DNA of 64,000 nucleotides, taken from assembly GCF_009914755.1 (NCBI RefSeq), contig NC_060931.1. One strand, given 5' to 3'. Shown in pieces: positions 27,246 to 40,029 of this stretch. Under the pieces are notes generated by a model. The model was not told the DNA's origin, made no database searches, and worked only from the letters and a program-made list of their open reading frames with translations. The position numbers and the translations under genes were made by a program. The DNA comes from the human T2T-CHM13v2.0 reference genome, Homo sapiens. Every line of letters starts with the position of its first letter. Position 1 is the stretch's first letter.

Positions 27246-27596
27246 GTCACAAGTATATTTTCATTGTCTATCAAGTACAATCAATCAGATTTTCTTTAAA
27301 ATTGTTGGAAACAATTATACAGAAATGACATTATTTTCTAAAAACAAGTGTCGATTAGCTATTAGACTCATTGTAGCATCAACAAACATGATGCAGATTA
27401 TTTATTCCCTGGGGCTAGGTACAATAGTAATATCTGGATGAGTGCAAAGAGTTTCTTTTATGGAGTGAGACAGGAGAACCAGCAGTCTCAAGAAAAAAAT
27501 ATATATATGGCATTGGTTCAGTTGCATGTATGCCCCTTTGGGAAGAAGTTCGGTACATCTGAATACATTTTCTAGTGTAAAATGATTGGTCTAGAG

Positions 27597-27789
27597 CTGA
27601 TCTGTCTAAAACAGTAGCTATTAGTTACATGGGACCACAGAAAATTAAATAAAATTTAAAAATTATTTTCTTTACTAAACTAGTTACATTTCAATACCCA
27701 ATAACCACATGTGACTATTGGATTATACATTTGGCAAAGTGCAGATATAGAAATTTTTATTGCTTCAGAAGTTCTGTTGGACAGTCCTG
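27597..27789 (-). mobile_element. MER3 hAT-Charlie MITE
   Basis: Colinear with reverse MER3: ctgtctaaaacagtagctattagttacatg...caataaccacatgtgactattgg...gaagttctgttggacag. Confidence 0.7.
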
Positions 27790-27849
27790 ATGAAGAATTT
27801 CAAGTCTAAACTTCCTATCCTGGCCTATCTTTTTCCTGATTAGGGTTCC

Positions 27850-28230
27850 ACACATGTCCCCAGTCCCTGCCTACAGAACAGCCCATCCCAGGTGCCTGGC
27901 AATGTGGGCTCACTGGCTTACTCCTGAATTCCTAAAGATGACAAACTTTCTTCCAGCCTCTGTGTTTTTGGAAATATTTTCCCATCTTCAGTTAAGGAAA
28001 CCACGTTATTTTTCATCGTCTTATTTATGCCTTGCTTCCACTGTGAGGCCATCTCTGACTTTTAGAAACAGAATATCTCATTTCTATATACATAGTCACA
28101 TAATACTTTACACATATAGATCAGAGAACATTTTTACATTGCTTAATATTGTCTGTGAAAATTTTTTCTTCTAGTGTATTTCTAGGGTTTCTGAGATGTG
28201 TCTTTATATTTTATCCCCATTGTCTAGATG
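27850..28230 (+). mobile_element. L2 fragment
   Basis: ctcactggcttactcctgaattcc...ccagcctctgtgtttttg...gtgaggccatctctgac...tatccccattgtctaga. Confidence 0.45.
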
Positions 28231-30619
28231 TCTTGATTTCCAATATTTATGACACACTCATATCTATTTATGTCTATCAACCTAACTTATAAAATACGCA
28301 TTGAAATGTGATATATTTGTATAGTGATATTAATTTTATTTTATACACTCCAGCTTTGTTAGTGGTTTATTTTACAATTCAATTATCAATTGTTGTTTTC
28401 ATTATTTGCCATAATTATTTAATTGTATATGATAATTTATTGTAAGTAGGCTTGTAGTTTATTTCCAAGTATGTTTACCCTTTATCAGAGAATTTTACCT
28501 GTTTCAATGTAGGTTTCATGGTAGTATTACCCATTTCTGTCTTTATTGTTTATTGGGATTTATAAATTATAGACAACTCTAAATTTATAAATGGGCATTA
28601 TTCCAAAAGTTCATTAAATTTGCTGTTTTAAAATTGTAACTTTTCTTTCCATAAAATTAGAGCTCTGAATGATAAATCTCAAAGAGTCAACGAATGCCTA
28701 TTAAAACTCACGTCTTTGAAATATGCTTATAATGATACTATTTAAATTTTATTTAAAATAATGTTCTGACATTTGAAGGAAAGGCATTGCCTTATGAGTT
28801 TTGAATGAATTGTATCAGAAACACATCTCCATTGCCCTTCCACGAATTGTGGAAGGAGTAGAGAAATATCCAGGGAGCGAGAAAGGGATAGTCTGTTTCT
28901 TGCTAAAATATGATTCATCAGTGGCAGAAGCATTGGCATTGTGTGGAAACACTTCAGAAATGCAGATTGTGAGAATCTGCTTCTTAACAAGACCCCGAGA
29001 TAACTCATTCACATTAATGTCTGAAAAGCACTGGGGGTCAAAAGTAGAATTTTTTCTTTTTGTAACTGTGAAAAAAAGTGCATGCCACCTCTGTCAAATA
29101 TCTATGTAAGAGAAATAACTACTCAAGACCATTAATTTCTGAAAATTACTAATTCATGAGCAAAAGAATATTTCTCCTCCAGGGAATTAGGAAAGAATCA
29201 GGACCCAGGATCCCTTACTTTCTATTGGTAAGTGAGTTTCTTATAATGCTAAAAATATATTTTAAAAATCTAAAATAAAACTCTCATACACACATAAAAT
29301 GAACACGTCAGAGATATTATTTAACTCATTAGTTTATGAGAGAACCAGTGAGATGTTACAACTATTTCAAATAATTCAAACACGCTCACCCACACATACA
29401 GGCAATCATGAACACTGAAGTGAATTTACAAACGAACAAGAAACTGTTGTCCGTATCGACAAGACAATTGCCAACTGGATCACCAGCTGACATAATTATT
29501 TGCATTTCTGTGGAAAGAATAATTTGCATTAGCTATATTGTAAGGCTTCTGTTGAAACAAGTAACCTGAAAATGTAAGGAAGGAAGCCAGAACACTCATT
29601 TATCACTATGCCTATTTCAAAGTATTTCACAATTTTTCCTGATGGTTAGGGTTACAGGGAAAATGTCTATCATAAAATTAAAAACTTGTAAACTTAAACA
29701 TGAGGCCAAATTATTCAATTTAGTTAAAAAAAGGAATGATAACACATACTACTTGTTCTTGTCTTTTGTTTACTTGCCAACAAGATATTTTAGCTGTTCA
29801 TGGTTTATTAGAATAATTTAAAATATTTAACAATGGTTGTTTATAATAATTCTATTGTGTTTTTAATATTGGGGTAAACAATTATATACTTTCCATAAAG
29901 TTAACTAATGAAAAATCTGGGTTTTTCTCTTTCCCTACACAAATACACTCACATAGCATTATGATTAATTAATATGGAATAAATTTTAGGGTTCATTTCA
30001 TATAAGTTCAGTTGCCATATTTTGAAGATAAATATACCCAAATAGCCACATAAGTTTTAAAAACCTCCCAACTCCCAACTTCATTAAAAAATGATGCAAA
30101 TCTGAATTTAGAAAGTATATTAGCTTGTCACTGGCACTTAATAAGATATTTAAAACTGTGGATTCCAGAAAGAATTTGGGCATATTTATTTCATGTAATT
30201 AAGGAGAGTACATTGATTGAAAAGCCCTCTGAATACCTCTCTTTACTGTATTCTGACTGTAACATTTCAAGAACTTTCCTCAAATGTCTAACAGGACAAA
30301 ATAGATAAATGCAATCTGGTACTTTGATATTTATGCAGGCTTCAGCTCTATTACTTCCTTGGTAACTAATTACAATTAAAACTAGTTGGCTTAATACATC
30401 GAGTTCTTGGAAAATGCCTTGTCTAAGCTTTAGTAATTCTGTTAGTATTTTTTGAATTGTGTTTTGAATTTTCTAGCGGTAAATTTACCTTTGTAACAAT
30501 ATGTGCTGAATGAGTCTTACCATGCAGAAGTCCCCAAAGACTCTGAAAATAAATAAATTATTACTCTAAGCAGAACTGAAAAGGAAGATACACAAATAGC
30601 CTTAAAATCAAGGATTATG

Positions 30620-31165
30620 TCAGAGACAGAGGACCCTTTAGTCTAAAGTTAATTTAGAACTCTAACAACTGCCCCGTGTATCACAAGGTCCATCCTCTAG
30701 CCGATGGGGCTGCAACCTCTTCTTGGTCCTGTGTGAGCTCAGAGACACGCACTGTCTATTGTCTTCTGTTTCTCTCAGTCCCACTGAGGTTTTCTCCATA
30801 CAAGTACAAACAATCTTTCAGCTGAAATTTTGAGGAGACACCTTTGCAGATGTATAGGATTCCCCACTTTTTGCAGCTTCCTCTTTGGTATTCTGCTCTA
30901 CAAATTCTAACCACCTCAATCTCTTCAAACATTGACTCTGTTTCCTTCCATCAGAGATATCACTGGCCTCTTTTTGGGTTTCAACTCCCTACTTTGCAAT
31001 TTGGAAACTGCCTCTTGCAGTAATGGGGCAGGGGGACAGTTGCAAGGCTCACGTAATGTTTCCATATTATCACAGACCATAGTCCTGTAATGCCCATCTT
31101 TCAATGGCTAAATATAGGTATTTTGTATATTTGGAGGATTTTCTAATTATTTTACAAGAGGAATT
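30620..31165 (-). mobile_element. Ancient L1ME 5' region fragment
   Basis: gcagcttcctctttggtattctgctctacaaattctaaccacct, tggaaactgcctc, catagtcctgtaatgcc. Confidence 0.5.
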
Positions 31166-33149
31166 TCTGATAGTTCATCTTTAATGAATAAAAGCAAACA
31201 CAACAATACTTTTTATTTTTATAATACATATTTGTGTGTAAAGCTCCTTCATAACATGAAGATATTTTTATTTTGTTTTGTAATATAATACAAAATAGTG
31301 TGTATTATTTACATTATATGTTTCAGCATCCCACTAAGCACACTGTTTTAACCCTTATAAGAAAATATGCTAGTTATGAGAGCAAAGCTGGGGGAGATAA
31401 TTCAGAATATAGAAACTTTGGGAAAAATGGTAACGGAGGAAAGTGACAAATGTTAAATTAATGTAGACTGTATAATATGTTTATTGTTTCTCAGGCATCT
31501 CTAGTATTAAGACACACATAATAACAGTACAGAAACACAACTATTAGCGATAATTTTGCAAACTATCGTAAACCAGAACTATTGTAGGGGGAATGAATGT
31601 GAGATGGGGCTTTTTTCACATTCATAAAAAAAATAAGCTAAATTAAAAAGTGTAGTGTCAAAGACTATAGATAGGTATGTTCTTATTTTAAAAAGTTCTC
31701 TTTATTTTTCAGATCTTAAAAGTTCTATTTTGTTAAAAGACAAAATTGAAGAGTGAAAAAGTGGAAGTAGAAATCCTGATAGCTTTCTAGCAGCTCGCTG
31801 ATGAGAGAAGCAAAAGGGAATTTGATATTATCTCTTGTAAATTCTGAAAGGGTAATTTACACTCACATATTTTTTAATATTTGTTTTACAGTAGAAAAAG
31901 AACAGATGTTTTCTAAAAAAATAAAAATTAACAAATATATATGCTGTCTTAAGCTAAATTTTATCTGCTACTATAAAATAGAATCATACATTTCTATATA
32001 GGAAATATATTTTTATATTATTTATATCTTACATATTTTTCTTACTTTTGTTTTATTTTAATGTTATTGTTCATTTAATTTTAGAATAAATATGTGCTAC
32101 ATCATTCTAAATTTGTTATAAAAGTTATTTGTGTAGCACATAATATGCATTATTATAAAAAAAGGAAGAATAGGTTACAAGTACATTATAATAAGTATTC
32201 GGAAAAAGATAAAATATCATTACATGCAAAAATATGAGTGTCTTATTTAGCAACATATAAATACACTGCATTAATCTAAGTTGTTCCCATAACTTCCACC
32301 AGAAGCATCCTGAGGGCAGGAAAAACAGACTGATGGGTGCAGTCCCCTGAGTTTCTTATTCAGTAGTTTCCAAGAGAGGTTAATGTTGCTAGTCTTAGGA
32401 CTATACCTTAAGAAAGGATTCAATAGAAACATGCTTCTTTTGAGCCATTTAGAAATATGTCAATATATGTGTGTTATATCTATATAAATATGTTTTTGTT
32501 AATAGGCTTTCTGTCATTTAAAGTACTTAAATGAATAATAAATTGCTTGATTAAAATAATGACAGAAAATATGTGACCATAGTTTTGCAAAAGGAGCAAA
32601 AATAACATAAAGCTCCAAAATTGTCTGTAGTACTAAAAACTTATCATTCTATTAAAATAATTTCTAAATAAAAAATCCATAGTCCGAGAGGCATAGCAGT
32701 AATGTCCAAAGACAATTCAAAATAATTTTTATCTACTGCATGCTTTATACAACTTTTCTGAAGGAAACAGTTCTTCCTCTTTAGGAAGCTCCTGTAGATA
32801 CATTTTGTTTATCATACTTCTACTTCTCCTGCTTACTACCATTCATACTTATACTTTTTCAAATTTTCTATCAATTTTGAGGAAAATGTAATCCTGTATA
32901 TCCTGAACTTTAACTTTTTTTACAAGATTATGTGCTAGATTAATTGGCATAGAACCATATATCTTTCATCTTGTGCAAGTATACTTGATTTAGATATCAT
33001 AAAAGGATAATTGAAAAAGAAATTGATTTTCCTTTTGGGAGTATTTTTCCATAACCAAAACTTAATAAAAGCTACAGTTTAACTGTAATTACATGAAAAT
33101 TATTTAAAATGAAGTCTATAAAGTGATGCCAAAATTCTTGCTATAGAAG

Positions 33150-33715
33150 TGACTTTCTCATTTAAATCCCTGCCATTAGCTTTCATTTCCTATGAGATCA
33201 AATTCAAACTTTACATCCTCATCATATTAAATTCCCTTTTTCTGAAGCTGTTCTACTGCACTTCAACTGCTAGGTAACATTCTACAGATGCTGATTTATA
33301 AATGGAAATAAATGATCACTCATCTCTTCAGATTTACAGGTGTACCTCTGCTTTCTTCTCACACATAGAATGTTATCCTTTCCTCCTCTTCACTTACACA
33401 TTGTGTACTGGTTAATGAAGAATTATTTCTAGTTCTAAATGTTTCAAGAAACAAGTCTCAGTAATTGCTAACAACAAATTTCTTCTCACATTCCTGACTC
33501 TTCCTACAGATTATTTTCTTTTATATATATATTTAGAAATTGATTGTATTGGCTTCTATAGGTTTTTAAAAATCTTTCATTGCTTTTTATGTAGTATACA
33601 TACTGTCCTCCATAAGAGTGTTAATTTCCCATAGGCAATTTTTTGTATGTTCTATAGTTCCTAGAAATTGGCAAAATTAAGTCACTCAAAAGACTAATAT
33701 TAAATTAATTTATGA
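33150..33715 (+). mobile_element. L2 fragments
   Basis: catttaaatccctgccattagctttcatttcctatgagatcaaattcaaact; tatagttcctagaaattggca. Confidence 0.4.
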
Positions 33716-36658
33716 ATTAGTTTCTCAAGCAAAATGACAGATGAACTAGAATGAACTAGAATCATTTGGCTAGGAAGAGTTAAAATACAACTCTTTAAAA
33801 TGAAAATATTATGTGTTGAAATGGAATAAAAAATTAGACAATGACATTAAAGATGGGTGCTAGGACAGAGAATGATTGAATCTCTAGAAGTTAGAGTTTT
33901 TAAAGAGTTTGTAGAAGCCCTGTTTTATGTTTTTAAAAGGAGGGGATATTTCACTTTCTGTAACGATTTCCATGTGGCTCTCTCTTAGAGGAGAGGTATT
34001 TATTAGTAGTCCCTCAGATGTGTCCTGTTCCTATAATTACATGCTTTAAAAGAATAGCAGAATTGCTACTGTCCTTGTAGAAAATGAAAAAGAGCTGAAT
34101 TTAAGATGGTCAAGGTAACTTTCTGTGTATTAAAGTTTACCTCTAAAATCACTGTACACTGTGTTTTTAGCACAGAGTGCATCATTTGTGCAATAACACA
34201 AAGGCTGACACAAACAAGAAGTGTTCTTCTAACATATTCTATGTTTGAGAAGAAAGCAAGGTACCCTTGTAATTATACTTATTGTGTAATATATAATAAT
34301 TTTAAATATTTAGTTTTAAAAAGTAATTATTGCTAGTGACACGTGAATGTTCACGAATAAAGAAATTTTGAATACAATAAAGGGATCACTATGACTGGAA
34401 TCATCTTGCAGAGTTTTCAGAGTTTTTATGACCTTAATAGTTTCTTCCTTGAAACTATTACAATGCATTCAAAATGGAATGTTAAGGCACATGAGAGTTA
34501 GTCAAAATTTCCATTTTTTTCTCTACCAAAATTGTTGATGCTACATTTTAGAGAAAAATACACCACATATGAAATTACTGAAGCATCACATTGTGCCCCA
34601 TAAATATGTAAAATTTTATGTGTCAATAAAAATAAAATAAAACTTAAAGGGCTAAATGCTTATTAATATGAAAACAAAGCAAAAAAACTGTATATTAAAA
34701 ATGAAAATGAAAACAAATAACAACTAGCTTTTTATCATAATACATCTCAACCAAAGGCAATGTATATTTATATTTGTATACATATGTATATAAATATATA
34801 ATAAAATATGAGAAACATGCTGGTTAATTTATTATTTGTAGTTATTTGACTGGAATCTCAAGAAGAAAGTGGACTTCATTGAAAGAAGCCAAGATTATGA
34901 TTCTCACAAATATTCTTAAAATGATTGTCTCGTAGTGATCTCTAATATTTCATAGAAAGCCTAATGGAGTTTTTCTGCTTGCCTGTGTTAAGCCACAAAC
35001 ATTTAATTAAGGATTATCTGTTGCAACTAGTAAGTTCAATCCAGTTTCAGCAATAAAGTTTACTATTATGTGTTTTAATATATATTAAATAAGTATTTTG
35101 AAGTGTGGTGTTCCTGGTGGGAAGGATGAGCCCTATCAGAGCGTTCAGACTATAAGAAATGCAATGCTTTGGCTCTAATGGAGCTAACTTATTAGGAAAA
35201 TGCTCTCAGTACTCTACTCCAAGAAGTGCTGAGGCAAGGAGCACAAAGGGGACAGGCTAACTTACCACCTGTGACAAAGTGTGACGTGAGAGTCAACAGT
35301 GTCAAGGGAAAGGATATAGAGAAACTGTACCTAATATTGAGAGTATATAGTGTGGTGGTAGAAGACTATTTAATAAAAATATGTACATGCTTTTATTGAA
35401 GATAATAAATGCCTGTGTATGGCCTGCCAGACTTTTTCTAGAGAATTTTCACTATCGTATCTGTTATATTGTTCTATTACATTGCCCAAAATGCTAATTG
35501 TGTAAGATCCAGTCCAGATCTAGCCACACAACTGGAAGAATTTTAAAAAACCATGTTTGCCTTTATCTCTGTATTGGCCATATGAAACAGCTACATTAAT
35601 ACTAATCAGTTTTAAAGGACAACTAAAACATTGGAAATCAAATAATAATGGTATAAGATATGAATTATAATCCTTAAAGCTAATGTAAAGCTAATAGAAT
35701 CCCTAAAACTAATATTAATAATGTCATATTTAACAATTATATGATTCCATCATAAATATGGTTGTTTTTAGTTCGTTTCCATATTAACTGCCATAGACCA
35801 AGAAAGCAAAATACATTAGTCATGAAAATTTTATAAATAATTTTAAAAATGGAAATGCTATCTTGACTTTATAAATCACATGTAGATTATTTAATAGTAT
35901 TGCTATACAACAGATTCAGTTGAATCATTATGCCATTTATGCAAATATGAAGTTGCTTCAAATGGATATAAAATGTTTTTAAGTTCAGTTTTTTCCCTAC
36001 ACTATGTATCTGAGGGTATAATGCTGTAAAATAACAATTGACAAATTAGTTATACAAATACATAATCTACTTTATTTAAAGAGATAATTTTTGTTTATTT
36101 TAGAAAATGATGCTATAAAAATACCTACAACTTACAAATAAACTTGAAAAATTTTAGACATCTTTAATCATAATTTGAGTCTTCATTTTTCACATTCTTT
36201 ACATTTTTCTTGCTTTAATTTTAAGCCACAGTGAGAATTTAGTCAAGTTTATCTCAGATTTTGCACCCAATGCTACTTGAAGAGGCTATCATTGTAAAGT
36301 CTGATGTTTTTTAGCTTATAATTAGAAACACATCTGTATATTACAGGAGTATTCTATCCTGTGTAGGGTCTGCATGTTATTTGGCACCATTGAGGTAGCA
36401 TGATATACTGCATTGAATTAGACAAAGTAAAAGTACTTTACAAGATAATTGCTTTTAGATCTGACAGCTCTTGGCATACTTGGTTGTTTGTAATCCAATT
36501 TACTAGAGCTTTGCTAGTATAAAATCCATCTCCTTTCAATTGTCTGCACACTGTAAGTTTATAAGCATTAGTGGTTGGGAATAATATATTTTGTTTGTTT
36601 AAAGGATACGACTACTAACAATAGGAGGCAAGGTACCTAAAAAAAGCATTGATCAATA

Positions 36659-36984
36659 TTGTCAGCCCTCCAAATCCATAGTTCCTGCGTCTGTGGATTC
36701 AGTCAACTGTGGATAGAAATTATTTGAAAGTAAAATTTAAAAAAATTAATAAAAAATACAGCAATAACAAAAATACAAACAAAACATACAATATAATGAA
36801 CTATATAGCATTTACATTTTATTGGGTATTATAAGTCATCTACAGATGATTTAATGTATACAGACAGATGTGTGTAGGTTATATGCAAATACTACACCAT
36901 TTCATACAAGGGATTTGAGCATCTTTGCATTTTGGTATCTGGGGGAGTTCCTGGTACCAATTCCTTCTAGATACTGAAAGATTG
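36659..36984 (-). mobile_element. MER2 (TcMar-Tigger) DNA element
   Basis: gtaggttatatgcaaatactacaccatttcatacaagggatttgagcatc...ttttggtatctg; degenerate TIRs flanked by TA. Confidence 0.85.
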
Positions 36985-37139
36985 TAATTGAGAACAATGT
37001 CAAGAAATAGGTGACAAATTTAAAAGGAAGAAGTCAGTGAAAGAAAAGTTTTAATCATTGAGTATAAGGGTGTCTGTTAGGGATTCATAGTAAGAATGAA
37101 TGTATTTGTAAAGAAAATGAGGGATGAGAACGTAATTGG

Positions 37140-37557
37140 TGTTAAATGATACTAGAAGGGAGGCAAAACTAGAAGAATCCCTGAGCAAACAAAGCCAATT
37201 AGGTCTCATAAGTGACCTCAGTGTTGCTTGATTTGCAAACATAAGCAAAATGTAACTTGAGCTATTTCTTGTAAATTCTGATATTAAAGAAAAAAGCAGA
37301 ATGTAAGATCAACCAACCAGAAACGGTCAACTAAGTTATAAATATATAACTAGAGAATTTCCAGTGGAATGGACTAAGTAGGGCAACTTTCTAATTGCAA
37401 ATCAATCAAATATTTTCTTTACTTCCATGTTCATTCTATAAAAACCTCCTGGTGGAGCTTCTGAACCACTTCTTGTTTGCAGCTGTCTGATTCATGAATC
37501 CCCTTTTCCCAAATAAACTCTTATAATTGTACTGTGTCTCAGTTTACCTTTTAAACA
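37140..37557 (+). mobile_element. ERV1 solo LTR (MER57E/F- or MER95-like)
   Basis: TGTTAAA...AACA ends; ccttgcttgatttgcaaacataagc-like U3, TATAAAA at ~37437, AATAAA at ~37512; subfamily uncertain. Confidence 0.75.
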
Positions 37558-39744
37558 ATAGTAAATTTGCTCATATGCCTTTGGAGGATAAAATTTTCTA
37601 CTTAGTATCTTCTTCAGATGATGAAGGAGCCATAGACTGAAGTTCTCAGTTAGTCCAGACCATTTCCCTGAATAAATGCCCCTCAACAGTGAATACTGAA
37701 GAGCCAGTTTAGCATTGTAAAACATGACTTTTTCTTTGGTCACATCTGCCTGGATCAATGTGGACAAATCAAGAACAGTTCAATCTTAGGCGGGTAAAGA
37801 AGGACAATCTGATTCTCACTTACAAAATTATATCCTGATACTCTATAGGTGGGAACCCATGGATGAAACTTGATACAACGTGTAGGGGCTGGAGTAATTA
37901 TATTTGGCCATGTGCATGGTGATGTGTAGGAAGGGGAAAAATCTTTATATAGAATTAAGGGATTCATGATATATAGAGAAGAGCTGTGGCCCAAAAGAGA
38001 TATGAAAAGAGTAGCCATTTAATTGTTTATGTACCATGTATCCTTTATAGACATGCCATATAGTCCTACACCATTAATAGGGAGAAGTCTTGAAAAGTTT
38101 TAGTTTTATCCTGAATTTATAGATTTTCCATTGGTATAGCATATTTTCTATTCATTTCCTGGAGATTGTTAGTCTTAAGTAATGTGTGTGCATTTTTAGG
38201 GAGATATATATATATATATTTTTAATTAAATATGATATATTTTATATTTCACTACACTATTAACACATATGTATGCATCTATTTACCTAATTATGATGTT
38301 ATAATTATATTTAATGTGTACATTTTGCTCAATCTTTAAGCACTATTTCTCCTACTGTATATGATCTCTTTTAAAATCTCAGTTCAATGCCTTAAGCCTT
38401 TGCAATGCTTCCCTCAGTCTGTTACATGTATACCTGTGGTGTTCATGCATAGAATAAGGGATCCTTTTATCCATGTATTTACTTCACCAAGATTTCCTAG
38501 ACTTTTTTCTCTATTTCCCCCATCCAAAAGGGCATCAGAGTTTGTATCATAGTTTTAACTTTTCATACTGCTTCATGACTTAGACTTTCTCTCTGAAAAA
38601 ATCTATCAAAAAGAAATTACAGGAAACTAATTGGCAATCACTTATCCAATTTTTGACTCCCCTCAACAATCTGCCTCTTTGTGTTTACACTACAAAATTT
38701 CCAGAAAGTTGCCTTTTTAAAAAATAAAATTTCCAATTTTATCTAGAATTTTAGCTGTTATCAGAATAGCCTGTACTTAAGAGAGTAATACAGCCATACC
38801 AGAAACAGAAATGTGGCATTCTTCTTTAAAGCCATGCTAGTATGTTTACTTTTATGATGTATTTCTAGAATTTAAATAGCTAGTCATTAAGCATGTACCT
38901 TTAAAATTCTTGCCCTGAAAGAATATTGCTCAGTCTTATACTTCCTTCAACATTTTACAGAATTTATTATTTCCTCCATTTTCATTAATACTGGATATTA
39001 ACAAACTTTATCATTTTTGCCACCAGAAAGGAAGAAATAAGTAACCTATCATTGCTTTACATTCTATTTCCTGATTACATATGATGCTGTTGATCCCCAT
39101 TTGTATTACTTTTCAGCAAACTTTCTGATCATATAGTCATCTGATTTTGTCCTTTATACATTTTCTAAATCTCAGACACAGAGTGTTGGTTAGAAATATT
39201 TTCAATCCATTGGAAATTATCAGCAATATTGTGTGTTATTTCCCTCTTGTTTTATTTTTTGCTATTTCTATGACTTTTTGTTTTTGTCTTTATATCTCTG
39301 CTATCATTCCATGCTTGATTCATCAGAGACTCTGCCTTGATATTTAGTATGTGTAGTTAAGTATGGGTATTTTATTAGGACATATGCAATGCAGTTTTGA
39401 TTAAGTATATATTTTCATTTGCCTAAGTACATAAATGGTATTGTGCTATAACTTTTATTGTGTTTGCTAATTCTTTGAGGCAACATACATTTAGAATAGT
39501 TCTATGTGGCATCTGACTGCTGCATTGTATTTTTCTGATAAGTTCCACCACATTTTACTGATGATATATACTAATGAGGGACACCTAAGTTATTCGACTC
39601 CCTGTTAATTGTGTGTAATTACAGATGCATCTTATTTATCTAATACTGACAAGTTGTTTTCTAGAATAATTGCTTAAATTCATTCTCTGGTATAATAAAG
39701 TAACTTTGCTAATTAATTTACCTGTTTTTTTTCCTTTGCCTATT

Positions 39745-39862
39745 TCAATGTAAGCATCTAAGTACAAAAATCATTCTTAGTTTGTTCATCTTTGTTTCCA
39801 TAGCATAACTCCATAGTGTCAAATAGAGAAGACAGTCAATAAGTACTTGTGGAAAGAATAAA
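39745..39862 (+). mobile_element. L2 3' end
   Basis: aatgtaagcatc...tttgttcatctttgtttcc...gtcaataagtacttgtggaaagaataaa. Confidence 0.55.
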
Positions 39863-40029
39863 CACAATTCCTGGTTACAATTCCATGTGATATTTACTAT
39901 TGTTCATTAAAAATTCTTTAGAACATCTCCTCTAAATGCATAAACTAAATGTTGAAAATATTCTAAAAATTTCTAGGTTGACCAATGGTCTGAGAATAAA
40001 TTTACTTCCATTTAGGGACCACAACATGC

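Noticed and set aside
28570-28740. Possible Tigger13-like DNA transposon fragment
   Set aside because: Only weak recalled similarity and no second TIR seen.
29235-29530. Possible ancient interspersed repeat (ttaactcattagtttatgagagaaccagtgagatg)
   Set aside because: Looks repeat-like but I cannot assign a family or boundaries.
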